NCBI GenBank assembly: GCA_009602725.1
Contig: WELB01000016.1
Location: 635,084 to 699,083, forward strand
Direction of reading: 5' to 3'
Length of the DNA: 64,000 nt
DNA from: Spirogloea muscicola
Taxonomy: Eukaryota
This document shows, one piece after another, positions 49,085 through 61,255 of the stretch; position 1 is the first letter of the stretch; each line of letters begins with the position of its first letter. Under the pieces are notes generated by a model. It did not search any database, was not told the DNA's origin, and saw nothing but the letters and a program-made list of their open reading frames with translations. Made by a program: the position numbers and the translations under genes.

Positions 49085-50095
49085 TGGTGGCTGTGAGAGG
49101 CCAGCCCAAAGGAGTGGACAAGGTCTGAAGGAGCCGGAGTGCTAAATACTAAGACAGCAGCAAGGGGACTCACAGTACACGCTAGTCAGGGACTCTCAGT
49201 ATACTCTAGTCAGAAGATGCAGGTCGGAGTAGCTAGCAGGCAAATAGACGTCGCCCTGACGGAAGCCGGAGGCCGCAGCCAAAGCGCGGCCTGCGCGCAA
49301 GTGAACCGCGAAGGCAAGGGACCGCTGCAAAGAGATGGCCAAGCGCATCCGGAAGACTTGAGCGAGGGACCCTGCGACAGCCAGGCTGCTCGCTCTGCTG
49401 CCCGTGGCCGCGGGCCACTGCTCGCCGCGCAAGGCGGTGAAGCAGGTCAAGCCATTTTGTGCCAAAGGCTCCGTGTACGTCAACGGCGAGTGGGACAAAC
49501 TCGTCCCCCACGAGGTGATCCGAGTATTGGCGTTCCTTTGCGCCCGCCGCTAGGCGGACTGCGTAGCCCGCACCCTCCGACGAGCGTTTGACGCCTGGAC
49601 TTATAATAGTCAGTCGTGACAACGTCGGCAATGAGCCGAGGCCCCCCGCCGAACACACTGGCGACGAGATCGGCGCGCCAGGTGTGGAGGCGGCCATCCG
49701 CCCCAGCGGTCAGAGGCATGATGCTGGTATTTGCCATCGCCACAGTGTAAACGGCCTCCACGAATATGCCAAACATGGCATTGCGCAGCAAGTCGTGGGT
49801 GCCGGTCCGCTCCCCTCTCCGTGCGCACCGGAGCATGTGGGCCGCCAAAGACGCCGCGTCAGGGCTGCGCTCGCCGCACTCGCACTGCTGTACTCCACTT
49901 AGGCAGGGTGGGTGGAGGCGTGTAGGCGGTGCACCGCCGTACGGAATGCGTCGGCCGGCATCCGGAGCGCATCGTGGATCCTCGGCTGGGGCCCACGCTG
50001 CCGCCCCTGGTGAGGATGCCGAGAGCAGCCCCGTGCGCCCCCGGAGGTCGTCCGGAGGCAAAAGCCCCATCGCCGTGGAGAAGGAGGCGGCATCG
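49085..50095 (-). mobile_element. 5'-truncated CRE-like element with a complete restriction-like endonuclease region
   Basis: CECG...HMLRC...THDLLRNA...RADLV...IADVVTTD...KERQY...FVPLAVDVHGAFG, followed by the hairpin tail. Confidence 0.8.
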
Positions 50096-52790
50096 ACCTG
50101 TGCTCTAGGTAAGACGCATCGGCAACCATGCTCACTATCATTCTTTCATTCCGCTGATCTTTTTGTGTTTGAACTGGTTCACAGTGATTCTTGTGGTCCA
50201 ATACAGTAATGGCATTCAGTGTTATAGATACTTCCTGACCTTCAGTAGTGACTTCTCACGCTACGTGACTTGTCACTCGTGGAAGACCAGAGATGAGTGT
50301 CTATCTCAACTCAAGGGGACCGAAGCAGAAGCAGAACATCCTACTGGGAAGATGATCAGATTACTTACGTACAGTCATGGAGGTGAGTACGTTTTCCCTC
50401 AACTTCATACATGTCCTCAAAGGAAGTGGCATTAGACATGGAAAGAGTCTCTATGCATGCCCTCAGCAGCATGGAGTTGCTGAGAGGTGGATGTGATCCA
50501 TTTTAGAAAGTGCACGATGCATGATGTATGCGGCGACCAGAATCCACCAATTCTCACCAAAATGGCTGAAGCCGTTTCCACAGCAGTTTATCTGAAGGAT
50601 TTACCTTACCCTCCTGACATTGCTCTTGTCGTATAGAGAATTGAGAGTACGGGTGAAGAAGAAAGGTGAATATGGAACCCATAACTCTTGCGCAGGCCAT
50701 GTCAGCAGTCACTTAATAATAATAATAAATGACTTAACTGCTGGAACTTAGATGATCCGGAAGAACAGGAACGAGCACTGCAACTGACACAGAGGAGCAG
50801 AGGGAGCAAGACGTAGTATGAAAACAAAAAAAGGTTAAGCAACTCCTACAGCACTGACAGTAAAGAAGATCATCACGCAGAACATGGACTCCTGCGGTAC
50901 ACTTCGGACAAGTAGCGAAGGTACTCCCATCCAACACTGACATTGACTGTGAAAATTCATCTTCATTGCATGATGCTGCATATTCTTCACATGGAATGCA
51001 TTGAAAACAGGTCATTGATGATGAAATGAGAAACAGGATATCAATGACGAAACGAGATCGCTCTCTAAGAACAAACCGTGGGGTCTTGTCAAGCTACCTG
51101 AAGGCAGGAAGGCAACAGGTTGCAAGGGGGGAATCATCGATTGAAACTGTCCGATAATACAATTGACAAGTTCAAAGCAAGGTTACTTGCAAAGCATAAT
51201 GCACAGAAGGATGGACATTATTCAACCGAGTGTGCTCCTACTCTTATGCTGACCTCCATGAGATTGCTACTTTCACTTGGAACGTCTTATGACCATGAAA
51301 TGCATCAAATGGATGTACTACAGCATTGAAGATCTGAAGGCAGAGATATACATTCAACAGCCTGAAGGGCAGATTGTGCAGGGACAAGAAGATTCTGTCC
51401 GCAGCTTGCAGTAAGCGCTGTACGTTCTGAGGCAAGCGCCGAGAGCATGGTACCAACGTCTTGACCACTATTTCTTGCTCGGAACGGTTTCTCTAAATGT
51501 CATGCTGAGCATACAATCCACGTGAAGGGGTCAGGTATAGAGCAACGCATTCTTGCCTAATACTTTACTATATATATTGATATTTTGCAACAAGAAATTG
51601 AAGACGTCAAAGAAGTCCTAGCTTCAGAACTGGACTGTCAGATTCAGCAGAGGTCAAACAAACATATAGCATGCAGGTCCTGAGAGTTCGTGACGCAAGG
51701 AATTGCCAATTGACAGTGACCGGACTCTTGCATGCAATCTGCCTCTGAGAAGCTTACTATGCAGGCATGCAAGCCAGACTCCGCACCCCTAGACACAGGC
51801 GTCCATCTTACAGAAAAAGATTGCCCGAAGACTTAGAAGGAACAGAAGGCTGATATTCTACCCTACACACAAGCCTTAGGAAGTCTGATGTATATCATGT
51901 TAGGAACTCGCCCAGATGTAGCAGTAGCTGTAAGTCATGTCAGTAAATTATGGCCCTGGCTAACCCTGGCTGGTCATACCGGGTAGCCTTACACGTGTCT
52001 TGATATATCTGACGGGAGATCTGCTTATGAATCTCTTCGTCAATATCTGATGAGTCGCAATGAGTCGCGATGTGTTACTTGGATATGCTGATTCTGACTG
52101 GGCCGGTGACCTAGACTGCAGACACTCCATAAACGGCTACATTGGTCTGATACATGGGGAAGCTATTTCTTGGAGCACAAAGACGCAGGCCCCAGTCGCA
52201 CTGTCAAGAACTGAGCATATGGGCTGCTACACAATCTAAAGAAAGAAGCAGTATGGCTCAGGCAACTGTTGCTGAAAGTCGGTCTCCATCAACCTTATGC
52301 GATAAACAAACTAAATCAAAAGGCAGTCTTGCACTGGTTGCTCATATTACTCGCGTGTCAGGCATATTCGTATTCAATAAGAGTTTGTTGGAGAGCATGT
52401 ACAACAGATTATAGTATGTTTCGGATTTTGTACTACAACGGTAAGGTGGCGGATGCGCTTAGCAAAGCTCTACCCAAATCAAATTGGATTCTTGTAGAGC
52501 ACAGGCAGGTGTCCTAGCCCAACTCTCCGAAGGGGAGTGTGGAAGTTGGATCGTCTGCCAGGCGCCGGCCTTCGTTGAGGAACAGTAAACCCACCACTTT
52601 AGGCTTGGCCAAACTGAGCATCCGATTCAGTGCTGTGCAAAGTCGAAGGAGACGGCTGGGCTAGCTGAGGTGGCAGGTCCAATACCAGATTGCTTCAATC
52701 AACTAGACGCCTAATTCGCTGCTTTTTCCCACCATGACTTGTGTTCCAATATGGGCACAGCATATGGGTACAAAGCCACACCGTGTGACA
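50096..52790 (+). mobile_element. Degenerate Ty1/copia LTR retrotransposon (integrase-RT-RNase H, PPT, 3' LTR)
   Basis: CALGKTHR, ELVHSDSCGP, YFLTFSSDFSRY (integrase); KARLLAK, HQMDV (RT); GYADSDWAGDLD, VADALSKAL (RNase H); PPT gaaggggag at 52529-52537, then TG...CA at 52538-52790; many stops. Confidence 0.85.
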
Positions 52791-53409
52791 CGCCAAACAC
52801 CACTTTTGCAAGCGCGGTCCCTTGCTCTCTCAAGTAGTCGTGTTTCCCTCGCCAAAGGCTAGCCGGCGCGGCAAGGCTCACGTCTGCGACTGCTGTCGCA
52901 CAAGGGGTGAAGACGTGGACGAGGGTGGCTCCCTGTTGAATGGGGTATCGCTCATGTTGCCGTCAGTCGCCGGCCCCTCCATCGCCTGCGCTAACGCCTG
53001 CAGAGCAAACGGCAGCGGCCGGCGTCGGGCTGGCGCAACCTCGGTGCAGAGGATGTTCCACGGCATTGTCCGTGTGCGGGGGTCAGGGAGGAGGGATGGC
53101 AAGCCCTGCGACCTGCCGTGCCGGGGGCCACAGTCGAGTGCGCGCCCAGTGGCGACCGGGGACATTGCCCGGGCGCCACTGTGCCGGCTATGCCATCTAC
53201 GACGGCTGTCCTTCGCCATGGCATCGCCGCCGCCGGGCCCCCGCCTGCGCCGCCCGCTGCCGCCAGCCGCGGCCGGACGGACACGTCACACCACCGGGGG
53301 GGTTCCTTCTCGGGGATGTCGCCTGCAGCCGCGCCGGGTGCATGGCTGCCCTCTCGCCGGTCGGCGGCCCCCCGCTCGCGTCCCCGCGGCCAGCGGCCCA
53401 GCGTCTGCT

Positions 53410-54293
53410 CCCACGGTGAGGACCGCCGCCATCGCCCGCCTGCCGCACTCGTCGTGCCCCGCAGCCGGGCTGGTCCGCGCTGCCGCCCGGCCCGCCGGCC
53501 TCATAGCTGACGTCGTGCGCTTGTGCCGCCTGTGGCGCCGCCTGGCCGAAGCGGCCGTCGCGGAGGTGCGCCTCCGGTACCGGGAGCTCAGCGTCAGATC
53601 CGCTGCTCCTGCCCGCGGCCGGGGTGGACGGCGCAGCTCGGCCCCCACGCTGGCCTCCACATCCCCGGCGGTGACGCTCCCATTCTATTGAACGCGTTCG
53701 AGGGTTCGATCTTTGCCTCTTGAGAGCCGTCACGACGCTCGCTAAACTGCGAGTCAGGCAAGCCGCGGGCATTCGCGGACGCGGGGGCCATGATGCCGGC
53801 CCCAGATATCTTGGCGTATGTGCAAGATCTCCGGGCCCTCTCCAACGTGTTGCGAGCGCTGAGCTCGGGCACAGACGTCGCAGCCAGTCTTTGAGAGAGG
53901 TGATCTTCTTCACGGCTCTAGAGAGCCTCTCACTGACCTGCCCACGTGCTACTGGTGAGCCCTGCACCCTCCATACCGCCAACATATACATCTCCATCGC
54001 CCTGTGAACCTGCTGCCGATGTCAGGTTTGGAGTAGGCGGTTGCTCAGCGTGGTCACGCATGGCTCGTGCAAATGCAGACATCCATGCTATCACTGCCGC
54101 TTGCCAGTACATCGCAGAGCTGGAGCTACACTATTGTCAGCGATGTACCACTCCAGCTTGGAGTTTGCCGCGAAATTCAAGCAGCTTCGCAGGTCCTTCG
54201 TGAGCAGTTGCAATAACATTTTACTGATGGCGGGGTTGTGCAATTTCTCATGGGCTGCTCCATGCTGCAAAATCGTCGTTGGAAATGTCCAAG
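53410..54293 (+). pseudogene. F-box/LRR pseudogene (paralog of 46.0-46.9 kb)
   Basis: VVRLCRLWRRLAE; FTALESLSLTCP; ANADIHAITAACQYIAELEL; frameshifts and stops. Confidence 0.6.
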
Positions 54294-54310
54294 GCTGTCC
54301 AGAAGAGGCG

Positions 54311-54966
54311 TTGGACAATTCTCAACGCCGATGTTGCAGCATGGAGCAGCCCATGGCAGATCGCGGAACCCCGCCATCAGTGCTAGTTCTGCAAGCGCTC
54401 ACGAAGTACCTGCGAAGCTGCTTGGATCTCGGCAATCGACTCCAAGCTGGAATCGGTACATTCCTGACAGCAGTGTAGCTCCAGCTCTGTGATGTGCTGG
54501 CAAGCGGCAGTGATAGTATGGATGTCTGCATCTTCACGAATCATGCGTGACCATATTGAGCATCCGCCTCCTGCAGTGCTGACTTCAGCAGCAGGATCTT
54601 AGTGCGATTGAGATGTATGTGAGGCGGCGTGTTGGCAGCTTGGAGATTGCGGGGCTCACCAGTAGCACGCGGGCAGGTCAGTGAGAGGTTCTGTAGAGCC
54701 GTGAAGGTCACTTCTAGCAAGGGAAAGACGTCTCTGCTCAAGCTCAGTGCTCGCAATACATTGGATAGCGCCCAGAAAGTTTGAGACATGCGCTGGAAAT
54801 TCACGGGGCCGGAATCATGGAAGCCGAGGTCGCGGATACCCGTGGCTAGCGTGACTCGCAGGGCGGCTAGTGTCGTGACTGCTCTCAGGCGGTGAAGATC
54901 GTCCCCTCGAACGTGTTCCAAAAGGAGGGCGAGGCGCGTCATGGCGAGGAATGTTGAGGCCAGCGC
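54311..54966 (-). pseudogene. Second LRR pseudogene copy, inverted relative to the previous one
   Basis: LRAVTTLAALRV...FTALQNLSLTCPRATGE...DADIHTITAACQHITELEL. Confidence 0.6.
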
Positions 54967-55084
54967 AGGGCCAAGCTGCGCACAGAAAGATTTTGAGTAG
55001 TAGCATACTATGTCCGCTGAGTATCAGGATGTTGTGACGCCATTACTTCTCAGAAGCCCCATGTGCTGTTGCGTGCTTCTGCCC

Positions 55085-56485
55085 TAGCCGCCGCCGCCGC
55101 GCCTCCGCCGAGCCCTCTACTCCGAGCCCTGTGCCGCGGCCCACGCCACTGAGCCACGCGCCGCGCCCACTGCCCACACGGCGGCCACGTCCGCGAGCAC
55201 GGCCATGCAGCACGCCCGGCCGCGGACCGCGCCTGCACAGCAAGTCATTGTTGCGCCTTTCAGGCAAGCCGTGGCCCCTCAGTCTTGCTTCTATCTGACT
55301 GTTGGCCTTGCGCCAACGCCACGAGTGTACACCTGCGGTGTGCACTCGCCGCTTGCCTCATGTACTGCGAATCTGATGCTGGCAGCCTCGCATATCAGGT
55401 CCTTGCACATTGTGCAATTCGGCACCAGCCTCAGCGAAATTATTTTGGCGACCAAAAGCCTCAAGCGCGACCAGCGAAGCACAGAATCAGCCTTAGGTGC
55501 ATGAGGTATAAGGTGTGCAGTGCATGGCCTGCAGATGCGCACCACCTATGGGACGTCTTCACCGGCCTCGTCAAGTGGCACAAAAACCAGGACAGCCCTC
55601 GCATGCCAAGATTAGTAAGCAGCTTGGTGCAGCAGTATAAGCAAGACCACAAGGTGCTACGTTGTGCTGCTCCGGCGTGTTTGCTTTGAGGCACAGAGCA
55701 CTGACCTGGCATGTATGTGATGCAGGCGGCTGGCCAGCAGCTGAAACGCTGGAAAATGATTGATCGTCGGCTTCTTTGGGACCTGCTCAGGTGTGCAGGG
55801 AGACCTTGTCCGCTTGACCCAACGATAAGACAAGCCGTGCAAGTCAGCAGCAAATTGACAGCAGCACACGCAGGACCGGCACTCTTCTTTCGGGCCTGGC
55901 CGAAGCAGAGAAGCACGAGAAAGCTTGGGTGCAGTGGCCGGCATGGATGGACGAAGGATGCGTGTGTGCATCCATGCTGGCCACTGCACCCAAGCTTTCT
56001 CGTGCCTCTCGGCTACGGGAACATTGCCGGTCCTGCGTGTGCTGGCGCAAACTCGCTGCTGACTCGCACGGCTTGTGTCATGATCGTATTGACAAGGTCA
56101 CCCTGCACACTGAGTGGGTTCATGAAGAAGCTTACAAACCCTCATCGTCCAGCGTTTCAGCTGCTGGCCAGCCGCCTGCACCACAAACTTGCCAGGTCAG
56201 TGCCCTGTGGCTCGGAGCAAGCACGCCGAGCAGCACAACTTGAAAGCACTTTTTGTTGCTGCTTCTACTGCTGCACCAAGGTGCTCACTTCTCTTAGCAT
56301 GCCTGCGCTGTTGTGCCGCTTGACCAGGCCCGAAAAGACGCCCAATAGGTAGTGCGCAATCTGCAGGCCATAAACTGCAACCATGTCACCTTATGCACAT
56401 AAGGCTAATGCTGCGCTTGGCTTGTCGCAGTTGAGGCATTTGGTTGCCTTAAAAGAGCCGGCCGAGAGGCCGGTGCCCACTTGCA
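55085..56485. repeat. Copy of an unidentified dispersed repeat or pseudogene family, with an internal inverted duplication centred at ~55959
   Basis: 55090-55400 resembles 59000-59130 and 62315-62630; arms at ~55412-55949 and 55969-56485; the right arm resembles 60235-60740. Confidence 0.65.
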
Positions 56486-57605
56486 TACGTTGGCGCTGCC
56501 AATGAAATGCTGGGAAAGCTCAGCGCTCAGACAGAGAAGTCTTGCAATCGCTCATGCACTTTAAGACCCAGGGGTAGGTGATAAGCGGCTATCGAGCCCG
56601 CTGTCAAGTCGCTGACCCGTTTGTATAGTAGGCCTCCTCGCTGAACCCTTCTAGCCCAACGAAGTAGAGTATCTCGGGCTTGTCAGTCACAGCCCCCTTG
56701 GAGGAGCCACCACTAGCTGAGCTCCGGGCTCTTGCCTGCAAAGATGATGGCCAGCCGCAAGGTTTTGGCAAATTCATGCTGTTGATACACGTAGCAGGCC
56801 TCAAGAAGGTTCAAAAAGCAACCGAGATATGCAGCACGTTGTGCGGTTGGTGTTCATCACACAGCATTGAGGTGGGAGGGACCTTGTGGATGCGTCTTGT
56901 TGCTAACCGTTCTGCTAAGGGCACAGCCACACTTGCTCCTCAAAAGTCGTTCTGCTAATGAGACAGCTGCTTTGGCTTCTTCACCACGCATAGAATCAAG
57001 CGTCGTGTCTAACAGCAAGAGAACGTGTACTGGCTGCTTTTATTCGGCTGCCTCGAAACCGCCATCATCGCAGATTGGTCAGGGAGCATGGTGGCAAATT
57101 GCCCTCGTTGTTCCAGATATGGCGTCCATGCTTGCAGTTCTTCACTTTGGGCTGATCACTTGGTCTGCATCGATGTATGTGCCTGCCTGAAAGCTTCTGA
57201 GCTCAAGGAGTTTGGGCTAAAGCGAAGCACAAGTCTTGTCAGCCTGGTCGTGACAATTCCTCCCGTATACAAACAGTTAGGGATTAGCACGCCGTTGTTG
57301 GCTTTGGACGTTGGGGATTAGGGAGCAAATCCCCCACACAGTGAAGCACAACGTACAGTATGCAGGGAATATCTCGCGCTGAGACGCCGACGACAGATGG
57401 CGACTGCACCTCCTGGGCACAAGCCAGCAAATCTCACCCCAGGGGAGCAGCCATAATTTTCTTACAGAGAGCCGCTGCGGTAGGCTGCAGTGCCGCGCTG
57501 CAGCAGCAACCAGAAGCTGGGCTGTGCCAGTAGGCAGCAGCAAGGCTGTGCCTCCGTATGGTGCTGAGAGGTCTAGGGTGCAGTACTGAAATGCCGAAGG
57601 ACAAA

Positions 57606-57738
57606 ATGGCTGAAATTCCGAAGGACGACGGATTGTGAGCTCCCTTCATGGATCTGCTAAAGAGCGCAGGAGCAACTCGGCCGAAGGACAAGGAATCGTG
57701 AGCTCCCTTCATGGACCTGCTAAAGAGCGCAGGAGCAA
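57606..57738 (+). repeat. Two-copy ~63-bp tandem repeat
   Basis: ccgaaggac...gtgagctcccttcatgga(t/c)ctgctaaagagcgcaggagcaa occurs twice. Confidence 0.8.
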
Positions 57739-58279
57739 TTTGTTAGCTCGACGGAATGGTGACACAGGGCGTGCAGTAGCAGCAGTGACTTTGCACCAGT
57801 GCGGGCATGCAGGACCGCATTGCCACAAATGACAGGCACGGGAGAGCGTGGGTTTATTGCCCAAATTCGGAGGAGGCAGCAAGTAAAAGGTGCGGCCTAC
57901 AGTGACGCAAGTGACGGCGAACGCCTGGAGGCGCCGTAGCAAGATGGAAGGGTGCATTCAGCACACCTGAGCGAGCAACCCACCAATTAAAGCCGGACTG
58001 CTTACTGTATTGCCCGTGACGTTGGGTTCTGCTTGCTGAGCAAGCTCCTGGAGTAGCCCGAGCCACCGAGTCCATCTCCCGAGCGTCCAGGGGCCCTCGG
58101 CGGGAAGATGTGGGCAGGATTAGGAGGAGAGGCTGTGAATGGCAAGCCTTGGAGTGAAAATGTCCATGTCCGAAGTTGAACACTGGACCTCAGAATGAGA
58201 AGCGGGGGTCCTTGCTGAGCCGAAGCAGGCTATGGAGCAGGGCATGCCAGGTGGCAACGGCGGTGAGCTGAGGTGGACA

Positions 58280-58730
58280 GCCCGCGTGGCGGGGGCCACG
58301 CGCGGGGGCCGCCGAGCCGGCGTCTTCCCCGCGCACGGGCTGGCCGGGGGAGGAGCGCGGGAGATTCGTTGGGCCCCAGAGGCCAAGATGCCGTGGGGCT
58401 TTGACCATGGCGGGCCGCTGACCGGGCGGTGAGTGAAGGTGCCGCGCCGGGGGCCACGCGCGGGAGCCGCCGAGTCAGTCGCTTTTCCCGCTCGCACGGG
58501 CTGGCGGGACGAGGGAAAGCGCACGATATTCGTTCACCCCGGCAGCCAAGGTGTGCTTTCCCGCTCGCACGGGCTGGCGGGACGAGGGAAAGCGCGGGAT
58601 ACTGGTTCACCCCGGCAGCCAAGGTGCCCCGGGGTTTGACCTTGGCGGGGCTGGCGCGGGAGATTCGTGGGGCCCAAGGGGCCAAGATGCCTGGGATTTT
58701 GACCTTGGCGCGAGCGCGGGCCGGGCCGCT
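58280..58730 (+). repeat. GC-rich complex minisatellite with self-complementary units
   Basis: gctttcccgctcgcacgggctggcgggacgagggaaagc twice (~58481, ~58556), flanked by related gcgcgggagattcgt..ggccaagatgcc units. Confidence 0.75.
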
Positions 58731-60839
58731 GGTCGGGCCGCGTGGAGGAGGGGCACTGAGTGACCGGGGCCGGAGCGGGCGAGTACATAAGCCAGGGGAG
58801 CCCGCCCCCAGCCGCCATTCCAGCCCTCTCGCCGCCAGCCCCCTCGCCGCCCCCGCGCCCCGCTCCCCGGCTCCTCCCCCGCCGCCGNGCCTAGCCCCCG
58901 CTCGCCGCTGTCCAGCCTAGGCCTCCTGCTGCTCAAGGCCGCACCACTCCCCCGCAGCCGCCGCCGCTAAGCGGCCTGCTCCCGCCGCCTCGCCGCCGCG
59001 CCTCCGCCGAGCTCTGCGCTGCCGGCCCTGGTCGCCAGCGCCGCGGGCGTCGCCGCCGCATCCACGCGCAAGCCGCCGGTGCCGCGGTACATGGCGGCCA
59101 CGTTCGCGAGCACGGCCATGGCAGCACGCTTGCCCGCGGAGGCCGCGCCCAAGGACTGGCCACTCGCGCTCCGCCAGGCCCCCGCCCGGGCAAGCCCCGG
59201 CTCCCTTTCCCTTGCCGTCGTGTGCCTGTGCCTTGCAGCCGGCCCTCCGCGCTGCTTGCGGGCCTCCTGGTTTGCCGCCTCTGGGCTTGCCCGCTGACGT
59301 GCCGCCACGCTCGCCGTGTCGCCGCCAACGACCTGGGGTGACCAGTCGTGTCTGACGTCCTGCGCCACTCCACTGTACAGGTGTCCAAATTCTTGGCCAA
59401 GGCGACTGCAACTCCCCGCCCGACCCGGCCCGAGGCCGACAAGGCGCCTGCGCTCATCATCCTGGGGCCAGGATGGTGCAACAGCTCCCGATCGCCCCCC
59501 CTCGCCCTGCGATTGAGGACTTTTCGCCGCTCGAGGCCAGCTGTCAGGCAGCCGCCCGAGAAGTCCCAACTACGATGCTGCAGAAGGCCGAGGTTGGTCT
59601 AATACTGCAAGATGCCTGGATGCTTGATGCTTCGACTTCTGCTTGGTTTCTCTGGTGGACGAATGATTATGTGTTTCATAGTCCTGCCCGGGAGGCTCAG
59701 GCCCCTCGTCTTCTTCCACGTCTTCCTGGCACGCTTACTGAATTGCCCAAGTGTGCCGGTGTCTTTGCCACAGCCGCCCAAAAGGCCCGCGCCAAGACCT
59801 CCTGCCGTGCGGTGCCCTGCTCACTTGGCCAGCGCTGCACGCGCCCGACGGAGAAGATTTGTACACGACGAGGTAAACAAGCGTAGTGCCGAAGCAGCCT
59901 GCTCAACCAGGGTTAGGCAGTATTCTCCTGTCTCCCCTCGCATAAGGCGACCGTAACTGACGAGCTTGCCAGGGCTGGAAAGCTGGTAGGCTTGGCGGAG
60001 GGTGCCGAGCATCTCCTGACTGCCGCAAAGCACCCTGACTGCGCAGGTTTGCTAGCTCCGCCGTTTATCTAAGCTGGCAACGAGGCAAGCAGACGTGGAG
60101 ATGCGGAAGGAGGAAGCCCGGCAGATTGCCGAGCTGCGGCGGACGCTAGTGCACAAGGCGCTGCCGGTGCCATCATTCCGGCTGGTCTTTAGACCCCTCC
60201 CGTGAGGCACCCGACTCAGCTCCACGTAATGCTGGCCCTGCACCCAAGCTTTCTCGTGCTTCTCTGCCATGGCAACTCCTTGGAAGATCAATGCCGGTCC
60301 TGCGTGTGCTGGTGCAAGTTCTCTGGTTTGCACGGCTTGTCTGGTTTTGGGTCGAGCTGACCAGGTCTCGCTGCACACCTGAGCAGGTCAAAGAAGAAGC
60401 TGACGAGTCCTTGGCTTCCAGCATTTTTGCTGCTGGCCAGCCGACAGGACCACGTACATGCGAGGTCAGTGCTCTGTGCCTCAGAGCAGAGACGCTGTTA
60501 CTTTGTGCTGAAAAGCAGCACAAAGTAACGCCTCGTGTTTTGCTTTTACTGCTGCACCAAGCTGCTGGCTGTGTTTAGCATGCCTGAGCTGTCCTGCTTA
60601 TTGTGCTGCTTGTCGAGGCCGGTAAAGACATCCAATTTGTAGTGCATAACTTGCGGCCGTACCCCGCGCACCTTCCACCTCATGCTTTAACGCAAAAGCT
60701 GTGCTTGTTTGTCGCAATTAAGGCATTTGCTTGTCCAGTGATGACTGGTCCTGGGAGGCTGGTCCCCAGCCGGCTCAGTCAGACGACTATTGCTGGAAGT
60801 CGGCTCCATCAACCTTCACGACATTTTACACTGATTCAC

Positions 60840-61255
60840 TAGCGCAGTCTTGCACTGGTTGCTCATCCAATTTTCCACTCACGTACCACACACGTACATT
60901 TTCAATATCGTTTTCTTAGAGAGCATGTACAACAGAAAGTAGTATGTTTTTCTTCAGCCAGACTTCGGCCTTCGGTAAGGAAAAGGAGGAGATTCACTAT
61001 ACCAGGCTTGGCCAACCTGAGTATCCTATTTCAGTGCTCTGCAAAGTCGGAGGAGACGGCGGGGGTAGCTGAGGTGGCTGGTTAATTACCCCACGTTGCC
61101 TTAGTTCGCTAGACGCATAGTGCGCTGCTTTACCCCACCAAGAGCTGTGTTCTAGTATGGTCACAGCATATGGGTACAAAGCCACACCGTGTGACATGCC
61201 AAATTCAAGTTAATTCAAGTGCAGTGCCTTGCTCTCTCAAGTACTCATATTTCTG
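60840..61255 (+). mobile_element. Second copy of the copia RNase H end, LTR and adjoining sequence
   Basis: Parallels 52320-52850 (gcagtcttgcactggttgctcat; gagagcatgtacaacaga; gggtacaaagccacaccgtgtgaca; ccttgctctctcaagta). Confidence 0.75.

Noticed and set aside
47090..49140. Repeated hairpin units with variable spacers as a CRISPR-like array
   Set aside because: Spacing is irregular, orientations are mixed, the context is eukaryotic with no cas genes, and the units are tied to retrotransposon 3' ends
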